The notes under the pieces: model-generated
Database searches by the model: none
Told to the model about the DNA's origin: nothing
Seen by the model: only the letters and a program-made list of their open reading frames with translations
Shown here: positions 25,120 to 38,469 of the stretch, one piece after another
Layout: each line of letters starts with the position of its first letter
Numbering within the stretch: the stretch's first letter is position 1
Assembly: GCA_034780895.1 (NCBI GenBank)
Contig: JAUZTB010000063.1
Coordinates: forward strand, 20,936,431-21,000,430
DNA: 64,000 nt
Direction of reading: 5' to 3'
Source of the DNA: Rhynchobatus australiae
Taxonomy: Eukaryota
Translations under genes and position numbers: made by a program

Positions 25120-25290
25120 AAGAATATCACATGGCAAATTGTTTCATCTGCAAGATCGCATCTTCAACAATGTTGCCCTCCCTCAGTGTTGCACTGAAAT
25201 GTCAGCATAAATTATAATCTTCAAATGCCTGTAGAGTGGTTTGGAGCCATAATCCCTGTTTTAGAAGGAAGGAGGGAAGAGTGCAGTCAT
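25120..25290 (-). mobile_element. Deu-domain SINE relic (SacSINE1/AmnSINE-like)
   Basis: ctccctcagtgttgcactgaaatgtcagc is the reverse complement of the Deu core TGACANTNCAGTGCAGTACTGAGGGAG as I recall it. Confidence 0.6.
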
Positions 25291-25339
25291 TGTGTCTTCA
25301 GTAAAACTTCTAAAAATGAGTGAATTATTAAATAGTTCA

Positions 25340-25525
<186 letters not shown>

Positions 25526-26406
25526 TTATGAGCAATAAAGTAGGGATTGTTTTTACTTTTTCAGCATATATTCAACATCACAAACAGACTGAGTCTTGAG
25601 GGATTCCATCCAAATATTGAAATCATTTTATTATAAATGAAGAGGGAAGTATAACTAGAGGCAGAAAAGCCTGAAGGTAGATTACTGATATTGAGTTCTG
25701 AATCATTTGCCGTCCCTGTCATCAAAGCACGTGAGAGATGGGCCTTACACTCAACTCTACGAAACAAAGCTGCTCCCATTGTACAACACTGCCCTCTGAC
25801 CCTGACCCATCCCTCTCCAACACACAAGCTGAATGCTAAAGTCCACTGGGAGTTTGCAAGGACAGTCAAATGAAGGTACACAGAAAATACCTTGCGAATG
25901 GCAGGCTGGAGATCCAGCCCCTGATTTAAATGAAATGGTAGCATGTAGTAGAAGCAGCTTTACCCTGCAAAGTCAATACCCTACCCGGACTTGAACAACC
26001 TGGTAACCACAATGAATATCAGAAATTAATAGGATTCCATTCACAGCAGTGACAGTCTTGGTTTGATGTCTGCGAAAACCCCCACTCTCATGAAAGCTTT
26101 CAGTCAGCAATAAAGAGCATGAATGAGATTTAGTTATCACCAATATTCAATGACTTGATGTAGTTCTTACTTCTGTTGTTCAACCAGATAAATGCAAAGG
26201 AGAACTTAAGTCAATAACTCTTTGTAATGATCAGCTTCATCTATATAAATTGCCTTACAAATTAATATGTCATGAGTGATCTAATTAAAATAAAGAATTA
26301 AATGGACTATTTATTTATTCATTGAAAAAATAAAACTGTTAAAAAGTTCATCAGATTAAAACCGATTTATAGAAAATAAGATAAAGGCTTTGGAGCAGTG
26401 CCATAC

Positions 26407-26476
26407 CTTGAAGATGTGAACAGTCCATAGACAAGCAGGCTCTTGGGATACTCTGTTTCTAATAAAAATACATCCT
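26407..26476 (-). CDS. sema3c: sema3c exon 10
   Basis: ctcag|AG GAT GTA ... TCA AG|gtatgg; (Q)DVFLLETEYPKSLLVYGLFTSS; 70 nt. Confidence 0.94.
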
Positions 26477-27361
26477 CTGAGAGGGAGAAAAAAAAACATT
26501 CTTAGTCATTTGTTGATTCTGAAAATAATCCGGTGTTCAAAATGATAAATCCCAGGGCTGAAGTGGAACCAAAGGGTCTGAATAGTTGGATTGTTTTTCC
26601 ATAAAATACAAGGCTCCTGTTATTAAACTTGCTGAGTTATATGGTGAAACCTCTTACAATAATTTTATAGGAATAAAAGATTTTCCTTGATTCACTAATT
26701 TTCATCATCTAACTTAACAGACTCCCAAAATAGAGAAGTATAAATTGACAGAATTGATCTAACAAAAGGTGATTATTGCAAATAGAAATGCTGCATTAAA
26801 GGTTGTTTTAGAGAAGTGCTCATCAAAGCAACCTGAAGTAATGGGTGTTGAACCCAGACTGCAGTTACAGCCTGTCTGAAGGATTGTTGTCAAATTTTGA
26901 TTGTCTGTTCTGAAATAATAGAAACTGAAAAGGTCACCGGCAAGATTGGTGATAAGCATCTCAGAAATTAGCTTATTACATCCAAGTAAAATTTTCCTTT
27001 GGTTCCTGATATGTCCTACAGAAAAGTTTGGAGGTAAGGTATTAGTAGCTAGTAACTACATTAAGGATGAAAAGGTGCAGGGGAAAATTACAACAGATTC
27101 ATAAGGGAGCTGGGTAGCTTTTTGCTAAAAGAAGCAATTGAGGAATAAAGGAGATAAACTTTCATATTTCTTTGAAGTTTGTTGCTGCAAGGTGGACTGT
27201 AATGGCTTTTCCTGAGTTCTTAACCACTGTCATCACTAACCTGTTCTGGCACAAGAAGACAGCCAACTCCATTTCTCTCACTGGAACCCCACTAAAGAAG
27301 GACTATTACAGATTAAGTAATAAAACATGTCAAACATAAAATAAGTTTATAAAATTGTTCA

Positions 27362-27481
<120 letters not shown>

Positions 27482-28172
27482 CTAGACAATAAAGGAAATT
27501 TATAGCAAATAAGCACTGTAGGAAGACTTTAAGCATCTGTTAGAGGAAAGATAGATTCAACACTACCTCTATGTCCAATAAATTACATCTATCACATAAT
27601 ATCCAAACCATAAAGAAACAGGATCCTGGGTGATTTAGAAATACTTCATACATCTGTAAGTTAAATGGCTTAAATAATACATATTTATTTTAATGCAACC
27701 TGCAACTTGGAATATATGCACCCTCTCAAATTTGCTTCAGCCTTCAGAACCTCCCATCAAGCACAGACATGGACTCTGCTTTGCAGATATCCCTTTCGTC
27801 TGTGGTAGAAACATAAGCACCAATAATTATGGAGAGGAGGGAGGGTGTGGAGAGGTGGGATGGCAGAGTGGAAACCCAACCTGGCCAGCACGCAGAGGAT
27901 AGGCTGTGAGCCAACCAGTCATGGGCTGGGCAAACAATGAACTGGAAAATGCGNNNNNNNNNNNNNNNNNNNNNNNNNNNNNNNNNNNNNNNNNNNNNNN
28001 NNNNNNNNNNNNNNNNNNNNNNNNNNNNNNNNNNNNNNNNNNNNNNNNNNNNNNNNNNNNNNNNNNNNNNNNNNNNNNNNNNNNNNNNNNNNNNNNNNNN
28101 NNNNNNNNNNNNNNNNNNNNNNNNNNNNNNNNNNNNNNNNNNNNNNNNNNNNNNNNNNNNNNNNNNNNNNNN

Positions 28173-28177
28173 GCACG

Positions 28178-28230
<53 letters not shown>
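28173..28230. repeat. (CA)n microsatellite next to an assembly gap
   Basis: gcac repeats followed by about 24 CA units. Confidence 0.97.
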
Positions 28231-28232
<2 letters not shown>

Positions 28233-28811
28233 GAAGTATGAGATGGAAGAGCTTTGGGAGGGGTCTCCAGAGTGAGGATGCCCAGATGTCTGAGAGATTT
28301 TGTCAGTGGTGGTTGAAGGAGTTTGTGCATGGTGCTAGAGAGTAGAGAGTGGAGTCAGATGGGTTCTTCCTACTTATTTAATCTCAGATGAACTTTCTTC
28401 ATTAATATCCATGGGTACTCAAAAATAATTGAACAGAAATTCAGAATAATAGCCATCTCCACATTCTTTATTTTTTACCCAACAGTCCTTCACAGTCAAC
28501 ATGTTCTTTCACTACAATCACATGCCACAGAATATTTAAGCATTACACTCCATATTTCAGCTGCATCTTTCAATCCTCTAAGCAATTGAGTGATTTTGAT
28601 TTTCTTCAAATGTCTAACCTTACTGGAGCTGTGTTAAATTTCAATTTACGTTCATTTGAATTGAAAAATTAAATTTGGTTTATGATTTCAATTTCCAAGA
28701 CAAGAAGAGCTTAGCTTATTGAGCAACCAAACAAACTGTCAGATGTAAATACAAAACATCCCACCCAGTAACATAATGAGATTTAAATCTACAGTGAGGT
28801 GATTTACTTAC

Positions 28812-28954
28812 AGGACATATTCTGGCAATCCTGGAATGAATTTGCTTGGTATTACCATTACCATCTGTCACCTTCTCCCGGAGGAAAAAGTACAGTTTTG
28901 CATCATTTGGGTCTGTGCCATCAGGAATGAATTGCGCATCCANNNNNNNNNNNN
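28812..28954 (-). CDS. sema3c: sema3c exon 8 (first 12 nt are N)
   Basis: tgttag|N12 ... DAQFIPDGTDPNDAKLYFFLREKVTDGNGNTKQIHSRIARICP|gtaagt; 143 nt; frame preserved across the Ns. Confidence 0.93.
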
Positions 28955-29809
28955 CTAACAACAGACAGATACAGCAGTAAATAGAAGATTAACAGCTTGT
29001 AGCTAACTTAAAGTAGAATTCAGAAATGAGATTTGATTGATTGTTTAAAGCCTTAGCATGAGTTAGGTTAACAGGGTGGGAAGAGTGTAAACACACTTCA
29101 GGGAACACTGAATGAGTAAATGATGGAAAAAGGCACAGAAGGATACACTGCTAGGGTGAGATGAACAGCTTGGGAGGTGGGTTGGATGTGGCATCAACAC
29201 CAACATGGGCTAGTTGGACTGAATGGCCTGTTTCCAAATGGCAATATCTGTGTAATTCTGGGCAGGAAGGCATAATATAACCTGAAAGATTTAAACAAAA
29301 TGGTAACAACATAGCAGTAGTAGGATGTGCATCTACAACTTTTTGTCTCAAATGTGAGAAGTGTTCGTGAATGAGCTAAGCTGAAATGTTCTATAAAATG
29401 TAGTACAGTAATCAAAATAATGGTTCATTATAATTTATTCATTTGAAGCAACCAGTAACAAAGCATAAAAAGCAACTCATTCTCAGCTCACAGTCATTTT
29501 CTTAATAATGCAACTTCAGGTTTGTTTCTTAAACCAAAAATAACTGAATTGGACTCTTCAACCAAGTAATACCCCTGATCTCCAGGAAAATTTTTTACTA
29601 TGAACAACAGGAGAAACATTCTTGGTTGTAGACCTGTGTCCAATGCTGTAATGTGAAAATTCAAACAGAAGATGACTAAGTTACAGACAAAAAAATATAG
29701 GCCATTTTCTGTTGGGTTGGTGCCATTAGGTACAGTTAAAAATATCCATTACAACCAACATATCCTATGTCTAATTTGTATATAATGAGCCCTAATTAAG
29801 CATACCTAC

Positions 29810-29929
29810 CACTTAACCACTTGGAATTGTGCTGGTCTGTCCTTATACTATTTCTTTTTGTTAGACTGCGAAATATGGCTGCATCAGTGCCCATGAAGTC
29901 AATGTACACTCCAGAAAATAACTCCTCAT
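29810..29929 (-). CDS. sema3c: sema3c exon 7
   Basis: ttcag|AT GAG GAG ... AGT G|gtaggt; (N)EELFSGVYIDFMGTDAAIFRSLTKRNSIRTDQHNSKWLS; 120 nt. Confidence 0.96.
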
Positions 29930-30021
29930 CTGAAGAGAAAGTTACACCATTATAAGTATAGTTGAATTGTATTTGGTTGGGAGAAAATGATTGTTTTTCT
30001 ATTTTTTTCTACTCTACTCAC

Positions 30022-30112
30022 TGATCATAAAGGACACTGTGTCAACCTGAGGGTTAAATGAGCAGCGGCCCTTTCCCGATTCATTTTTTGATTCTATTAT
30101 AAATATTTGATC
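30022..30112 (-). CDS. sema3c: sema3c exon 6
   Basis: tttcag|GAT CAA ... ATC A|gtgagt; DQIFIIESKNESGKGRCSFNPQVDTVSFMI; 91 nt. Confidence 0.95.
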
Positions 30113-31829
30113 CTGAAAAACAAAGTGGAAGAGGAAGTTCATTCATTGTCATAAGTTAAAACATGTGCAACCTGCAGCTGGTTATTATATGATTCAAGTA
30201 GAACGAAAATACAAAGTATTAGGGGGGTCTTAAGGTCAGATCTCATCACAAGTATCTGGGGGAGCTTCCTGCTGGACCCTGCTGGTGCAGGTGAACTTTG
30301 AGCTGCTTTCTCCCTAGACAGCAACACACAAATAAGTCCCTGCTGAGGACAGAGCAGGGTGGATAGGACAGGCGGGAACCGCGACAGTTTGGTGTAGACG
30401 ACCAGATAGAGATGAGAATCGCAGGACAGTGCTCCTGATCTTTTACATTCCACAGAAATAATTTTTTAAAAGTTCAAAACTAAAATCCCCATCTTCAGTT
30501 GGTGACTTCACTTATCACAGAAGGATGCAGAGTGAGACCGATCCAGCACTTGCTCTATCCATCCCAGGACAGTTTTTCCAGGAAGCCCTATAAGTGGGAG
30601 TGCAGCCCTATATTTAGATTTGGAAATGATTTTAATCTATTTTTGGAACACCTCAAACATGGTTCAACACAATATCTGATCAGATTTGTTTTGGGAGTGG
30701 TTCCTCCAATTTGTCCACATCTAAAGCACTGGTTGNNNNNNNNNNNNNNNNNNNNNNNNNNNNNNNNNNNNNNNNNNNNNNNNNNNNNNNNNNNNNNNNN
30801 NNNNNNNNNNNNNNNNNNNNNNNNNNNNNNNNNNNNNNNNNNNNNNNNNNNNNNNNNNNNNNNNNNNNNNNNNNNNNNNNNNNNNNNNNNNNNNNNNNNN
30901 NNNNNNNNNNNNNNNNNNNNNNNNNNNNNNNNNNNNNNNNNNNNNNNNNNNNNNNNNNNNNNNNNNNNNNNNNNNNNNNNNNGGGAAGATGAGGAGAATT
31001 TTATGTGTGGGAAAACCAGTGTGATACTAATGGACAGATATCGTGAGGGATAAGAACAAAAGCAACATTTCTCTTGATCTGTCTATTTTTGGTAACTCAG
31101 TAACTTGGTGCAAATTTCACCAAATTGTGCCAAATCATTTAGCCTTACTAATTTCCATAGTCTTGAAAAAGCCAGCAATAATAGTTATCAAAAAGTATTC
31201 CTGTTCTGGGCTGGAGACATGATGGCATTTAGTAACTTTAAATGCTCATCCCACTGTTATTGCATACAATATATATTGGTTGCAATTTGACCCTGGGGTA
31301 CCTGGCACTCCATCTCTTTACCATTATCTCCTACACAGTTTTAGTTTTTAAGTGTACCATTTGTCTAAGTAGCCAGTCTTAAGTAAATAAAAATGTCAAT
31401 TTTATCTTTTGCACCAAATGTTTTATGTTTCCGTGTCCTATTAAATAATCTAAGATTGTTCAGGCATTGCATAACTTGCTGTTGCCTGTCTCAGTTGGAA
31501 CGACAGAGTGAAAGGATAAGAAACAAATAAATGATAAGAAACTGGGAACAGTACTTCAAGTGAATCCTAGGCATGCATTGATGGACAATTGATCATCTTG
31601 TGCAATCAGTGTCACTGCATGTTTGGAAAAGGCCACAGGTCGGTTGCTGGTGGCAAAAAGCAAAATTCCAACATACCAAGTACTACTATAATGAAGAAGA
31701 AAAGGATAATTTAAATTAACTGAATAAATTGAAATTTTCTATTTGGCACAGCTGGTATTTCCTGGAATAATGGTTCTACATTTACAGGTACATGAAGAAG
31801 GGCTTCTTTTAACAATTTCTGTAATATAT

Positions 31830-33460
31830 CCAATAAGTTCTCTTTTAAAAGTGAGATAGTGAGAGATCGGGGTGAACATGTTCCCTTAAGGGTGAAAGCT
31901 AAGGATGAAAAGATTAGGGAACCTTGGATGACAAGGGACATCAAGGGTTTGATGAAGAGAAATAAAGAAGCATATGGCAGGTATAGTGGCTGAAAACAGG
32001 AGAGATCCTTGAAGAGTGTAGGAGAGAATTTCAAAAAGAAACTAGAAGGTCAAAGAGGGGCAATGAAATATCACTGGTGGATAAGATTAAGAAAAGTTCA
32101 AAGGCACTTTGTAATTAAATTAGGAGCAAGAGGGTAATGAGAGAAAGGGTAGGCCCCCTTAGAGACTGAAGGGGCAATCTGCGTGTCGAGCCAGGAGATG
32201 TGGGTGAAGTCTTAAGTGAATAGTTCTCATCTGTATTCACCAAGGAGAAACACATGGTAGATTTAGATTTTAGGGATAAGGACAGTGATATTCTAGAACA
32301 TGTTAGCAGTAAGCAGGAGGCGGTGTTAGATGTCATGGAGCGCATAAAGGCAGATAAATCCCCAGGGCCTGATCAGATGTATCCCAGGCTACCATGGGAG
32401 ACAAGGGAGGCTGGGCCATGAGTAAGATTTTTATATTTTCACTAGCCACAGGCGAGGTGCCAGATGACTGGAGGATAGCAAATGTGGTTCCTTTATTTAG
32501 GGAGGGCAGCAGAGATAAGCCAGGTGACTACTGGCCAGTGGGTCTTAAGTCAGTGCTAGGGATATTATTGGAAAATTGAAGAAGATTTATTTACACATGG
32601 AAAGGCCAAGATTGATTAAGAATAGGCAGCATGGCTTTGCTTGTGGGAGAATCTGTCTCACTAACTTGATTAAAGTTTTTGAAGAGGTAACTAAGTAGAT
32701 TGTTAAGGGCTGTGTGGTAGATGTTGTCTACATAGACTTTAGTATGGCTTTGACAAGGTCCCACATGGTAGAATGGTCCAAAAGGTTACAGCCCATGGGA
32801 TCCAAGACAAGCTGGCAAACTGGATCCAAAATTTGCTTAGTAATAGGAGGCAGAGGGTGGTGGTGAGGGGTTCCTTTTCTGATGAAGTCTGTGACCAGTG
32901 GTGTACCTGAGATTAGATGGGCTCCAGAGGTTGGATAGGCTGGGATTGTTTTCCTTGGAATGGAGGAGGCTGAGATGTGACCTGATGGAGATATACAAAA
33001 TTATGAAGGCAATGATCAGGTGGATAGTCAGAATCTTTTTCCGATGGTGGGAGTATCTAAAATAAGAGAGCATAAGTATAAACTGAGAAGTAGGTGGTTT
33101 AGAGAGGATATGAGGGGAATTTTTTCACACAGAGACTGGCTGGACTCTGGAACACACTACATNNNNNNNNNNNNNNNNNNNNNNNNNNNNNNNNNNNNNN
33201 NNNNNNNNNNNNNNNNNNNNNNNNNNNNNNNNNNNNNNNNNNNNNNNNNNNNNNNNNNNNNNACTACATGAGACAGTGTTGGAGGCAGGTACTCTCACAA
33301 CGTTTAAGCAGCATCCAGACAAGTACTTGAATGGCCAAGACATAGAAGGCCACAGACCAAATGTTAGTAAATAGGAATAGTATAGATAAGTGCAATGGTA
33401 AACATGGACATGGAGGGCCAAAGGGCCTGTTTCTGTGCTGCCCAAATCTGACTCTATGAA
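31830..33460 (+). mobile_element. CR1-type LINE with internal deletion
   Basis: TGEVPDDWRIANVVPLF...DKPGDYWPVGL, gcagcatggcttt (QHGF), tgacaaggtcccacat (DKVPH), then ORF2 C-terminus and agggcctgtttctgtgctg tail. Confidence 0.9.
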
Positions 33461-33820
33461 TTTAGATATTATTTAAAAACAAGATGAGTCAATTTCATGT
33501 GTTTTCCTCAAACTATAATTTTCCCTTATAACCATCAAGTTCTTGAATACATTGCGCCACATGTCAGCAAATAGCTTCCCGCTACATTAGCAGTAACTGT
33601 ACAATTCAATAATCAACCACTTGAAGTATTTGAGATATTTCTGGAAGACAAGACAATGCATAAGTGAAAGTCTTTCAGAGACACTGGAAATATACAGGAA
33701 ATTGAATCCATAGCAGTAATTACAGGGATTAGAATGCAGCATTCCTTTGGTCAGTTCCAGATTCAATGCAGCTATCTGTAGGTTATATAATGTCTACTTT
33801 ATCAGTGGTTTAACACGAAC

Positions 33821-33940
33821 CTCAGATCTGCGACCTCTGTTGACGTATGTGCAGACAGGGCTAAATGCACCACTTCCACAAACAAAGAGATGAGTCCGGT
33901 TATAAACTTGTATGACACGAACAAAATTACCACAACCATT
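33821..33940 (-). CDS. sema3c: sema3c exon 5
   Basis: ttacag|AAT GGT TGT ... TCT GAG|gttcgt; [40 protein letters not shown]; 120 nt. Confidence 0.96.
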
Positions 33941-34379
33941 CTGTAAAAACACGAAGAGAGAGATAAAAGAGTTAGCAATGAACAAGCGATCTACAATTTA
34001 CATATGAATCAAAAAAGGATATTTTTATCAATAGGTAGTCACAATTGAACTAAATGATTCTGCAAGACAGATAAAAGAATTTTCAAACATATTGAGTGAT
34101 GTCTGAAAATTGTAATTTTTCCTTGTTTGCTTATGAAATTTAATTCCATTGACTTCATATTTATTGTGCTCCCAACCTTCAGAGTATAGTTTTTTTTAAC
34201 TTCAGAGGAGCTGCATATAATCTCTTTGCCAGGTCACTTTTGTCAATAACATTTAAATGGATGTTTTGCTTCAGTGCTTGTAAAGAGAACAATTTGGGGA
34301 GGAGATAAGTCCAGAACTGGCTAAAACTCAATATTATAAAAGATTGAAAAAAATGTTAGAGGTATTAGTTAACCTGAAA

Positions 34380-35240
34380 GAGGTGAGATAGGACAAATCC
34401 AAGGATCCTGAGGGAAATGGGGGAAGAAAAAGCAGATGTTTCCATGGAGAATGGAAATGCGATGGAAGGTTGAAGAGTGACTTTTGCAGATCAAGCTAAC
34501 CCATGTAATTACAGGCCAGTCAGCTTAACATATGTTGAAATGATGTGGAAGAGCAGAGGGATTTGAGAATCAGGTTCATAAGATGCAGAAACAGATTTTC
34601 CAGGGACTAAGGATATTTTAAAAACATCCGTGCAAATACTGTGTTTTATGGTAATAGGCATGGAAGATAGAAGTTAATATACAGTGGTCAATCTTCATCA
34701 AATCGCATGATGTCTGCAATAGACAAAGGTGGTTAATGCAATTATGAGGGTATAGAATATATTCGTGAGGGTGTGCGTATGAAGCAATATACCATGATAC
34801 AAAGAAAGCTCAGAAAACTGGATCCAGTTTCATTTGAACAAGGTGGTGTATGGGTAATTTGAGCAATATGTTTCAAACTAAGAACAGATAGGACACATGA
34901 ACTGAAAATGATTGCTTCTTATGGTTGAAGAATGTAGAACAAGGGACATATTATGATATATTAAATGAAATGGAAGAGATTTAAGGACGGGAGTAGGGGA
35001 AATATATTTACACAGAAGGTTGAGAGACTGTGGAATTCATTACTAGATTTAGTGACTGAAGTAGAGACCATGCTGACATTTAAGCATTTGATAGGTCATT
35101 GAAGGAAAGTGGAATAATAAAATATGGGAATAGGCACATGGGATTAGAATTACTGCTCATGTGGAGGACAAATATTGACACGGACTGGTTAGGCTAAATG
35201 GGCCAATTCCATGTTGTAATTCTAAGTAATACCATGTCTG
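34380..35240 (+). mobile_element. Old degenerate CR1-like LINE
   Basis: aattacaggccagtcagcttaac (NYRPVSLT), cacagaaggttgagagactgtggaattc, and ttaggctaaatgggcc tail. Confidence 0.65.
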
Positions 35241-35291
35241 TCAAAAAAAATATTCATCACCACATGGAGGATCTGAACATTTGCTACTTAC

Positions 35292-35354
35292 GTTTGGATC
35301 CTTGCCAGCCATTTTGCATTCATCCACTTTATTGCTTGATGCTGGCCAGTGAAC
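35292..35354 (-). CDS. sema3c: sema3c exon 4
   Basis: catcag|GTT CAC TGG ... CCA AAC|gtaagt; VHWPASSNKVDECKMAGKDPN; 63 nt. Confidence 0.95.
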
Positions 35355-35925
35355 CTGATGAAAGATATTGCAAGACTTCAACACACCATTAAAACAATTC
35401 AGGACACAGTAAATAAGCACTGTAATCAATGTGAATCCAGCTCTGCAGTCTGCTTATTGTGGATTGTTTTTGTCTTATGGAAATGGAAAATTAGTTAGAG
35501 GAACAGGCCAACTGGAAAATTTGAATTGAAGAGTCTTTCTGTTCATGCTATAAAAAATAGAATGGCAACATGCACAGCTGTTAGAATCAATCATCTTTGG
35601 GTATCTTATGTAAATCAGTCTTTTATTTTCAGTTTATATGGAAAGTATTTTTGTTATACAGTTTGGATGTGTTGACATGATTATTGGTTGGAATCTCTTC
35701 AAAAGCTGCTTCTGAATTTCTTGGTTTAGCTGCACCTCTTAAACCAATGGGAAAATATGAGAGAAAGCTTCCTGTCACAGTTATGGTTGGATACATTTCT
35801 GGGTGGTCCATACAATACTTAGTTGCATCAGTGCTTTATCAAAGAGCAGATGGAAATCTGATAGTAACAGAATAAATCAAAAGTCATTTCCATCATCCAA
35901 AAAAACTTCAAGAGATGAAACTTAC

Positions 35926-36086
35926 AGAAAGAGGATTCTGGCTGATATTGTTTACATTGAGAGACAGAATGTGATCTTTAGAGCCTATATACAAGCGGTC
36001 TTGATCTTCATCCATGAGTAGGATTCTATAATCCAAGGGATTCAAGGACAAACTGTAAAACTGAGATGTACGAGTGGCCTTCAGGT
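35926..36086 (-). CDS. sema3c: sema3c exon 3 (start of Sema domain)
   Basis: ttatag|AC CTG AAG ... CTT TCT|gtaagt; LKATRTSQFYSLSLNPLDYRILLMDEDQDRLYIGSKDHILSLNVNNISQNPLS; 161 nt. Confidence 0.95.
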
Positions 36087-38469
36087 CTATAAAAGAAAGA
36101 CAGATATATGGTTATTAGTTAAATACTATAGCTTTTCTGGATTCTTTGTAATGAAGTAAAATATGAACTAGGGCAATTTAACAAAATACAAGAAGCTGTT
36201 ACATGTAAGCTCTGGTTTCCACCTCTTCATTATCAGGGATATTGCAACAATTTCCATCTGCTGGCCCAAGCTGGAGCTTTGGATAAGGTAAAGTTTCCTT
36301 CAGACCAATGTTAGCAAAACTGATTCTCAGATTCTACCGCTCAGTTCCGATTCTCATCATCCTCCCTATTTACCTTTTTGGGCTGCATCTGACTACACAG
36401 CCTTGGCAACCTTTCAGAGCTGTTTTGCCACCCATCTCCATCGACTTCAAACTCAGCAGTCCAATCTTAGTTCAACCCAACTCAGTGATCGACTTTCAAA
36501 CCTTCCTGGTTGACAAAACTGCCCAATGCAAAACAAGCAACTTACATTCACTACAGCTCTGTGCACCCACTATTTTCTCCCCTGAAGAGGTTCATTGGCT
36601 CATTATACACAGGTGCAATGATTTCAAGATTTTCAGCAACTTCTTCAAATCCTTCACTGATTTATTCCATAACACCTGAGTGATCATGCCCAACCATTCA
36701 TCACTCCAGTGTTCTGACATAACAATGCTGCTTTTCAGAGCATCTTTCACTCCATCAACTGAATATTCAATCAGTAAAGTCTTCTATAATGATTTCTGCC
36801 AGCAAACCATTTTACTTTGACCTTGAAAAGCTCCTGAAAGCATTTTCCTAAGAAATTCCACAACATTTCTTTGGGTTTCTTGCTATTAGTTCAGTGGAAG
36901 ATTGGCATTTGTACAGTTTCAATGGAGTTCCTGTCAGTTTCTCACTCTCTGGAGTTACAACAGAGGTCCCTCTCTGCAACTCATCCCTACTAACTGCTTT
37001 GTTTCTCCACTTTTTGTGTATTCCTACTAACTCATTCTTCATTTCCACTATTATCATGATTGTGACATGAAAATTCCATCTTGTTTGAAAACATTCCTGA
37101 AAATACTGTTGACCGGAGACTAATTAATGCTTCTTGAACACAGGGCTTCCCAGGTCATGGAAGACCTGACTGAAGGAAATCCAATACACAGAATCTCCCA
37201 TTAAATTTTGAAAGCATTTTTCAAGACAGGAAACTTAGTTACAGAAATGCAAACAATTTCAGGAGTTATAAAACAGGGTTAGCAACTAGTTAATTAAAAG
37301 ACAACTAGTCTTAAAAAAAAACTGCTTACATGTAAGCTTCCCACAGTAATCCGAGAGATACATTGTCTTTAAGAACACAGATGCCAGTTCACAGAAGGAA
37401 CCCACTTTAAAAATTTGCTTTGAAAAATGACAAGGAAAATCACTTCTATTGAAACTTGTAAAATACTTTATCAAACAATGTGACATCTGTGACACTTCAA
37501 GGCCATCAGATCTAGCCACTAGATGTGGAACGTTCTGACTATGTACCATTGTATCTACACTGGGGAAGACAATAAATAAATGTTCATGTCAATCAATCCT
37601 CACTGAAATTGTTCATTTCTGAGATATGAAAAATTGGTTTACAGATGGTTCTCAGGAACCTTTACATAACCCAGGGACTGCATGTATTGGTTTTAATTTC
37701 TAGGAATCACAATGTTCAAAAAAATGAAGCTTGATATTTCTGCAACTATTATCTCTAAGCACATAAACTTGTCTCAAATACATATGTATATTATGAAACA
37801 GAATGTTGTACTTTGGACATCAGGCTTTGAATCCCTGTAGTATTTTGATAACAATTTATAAACCAAAATTCAGTCTTAAACATTTGGAACAGTTCTTACC
37901 ATTATTCTCAAAGGCTAACCTATTTTTATTAAACTGAACATATTCTATATCTTCCCAGTTCATGTTGTTTGAATTTGAAAGTATGTGTTTAAATTTGAAT
38001 CTCATGTCCCAGGAGTCTAAAGATCACAGTGCAAAGCTTAATAATACAATCAGCAACATCAATTTTACCAAGATTTCAGAGCACCTTTGTAGTTATTGTG
38101 GAGAAGCTCAGTGAATGGCCCTGTTGACCTTCAAGTTCAGGGGCAGACTTGTCCCTATGGACAGAGCGCAGAAAGTGATAAGATGTTTGATTAGTGCACC
38201 ATGATGTTTGACACACTGTTGGTGCACACTTGGCCAACTATTCTAGCATGTGACAAAGTATGTTATGCTGAGACTTGAGGTTTGACAAAAGTTGCAGCAA
38301 TGCTATTTCACACTCTGGAATAATTGATTGCTTTTCTTTTAGGGTTACATCTAATTTTCAAGCAATACTGTGGCTGATCACCAACAGATGACAAAAGCAG
38401 GCATATTGTATCCTAAGTCCCTCCTAACTCTTGGATTCTGGTTATTAACTTTATTGTCCATAAATAGAA

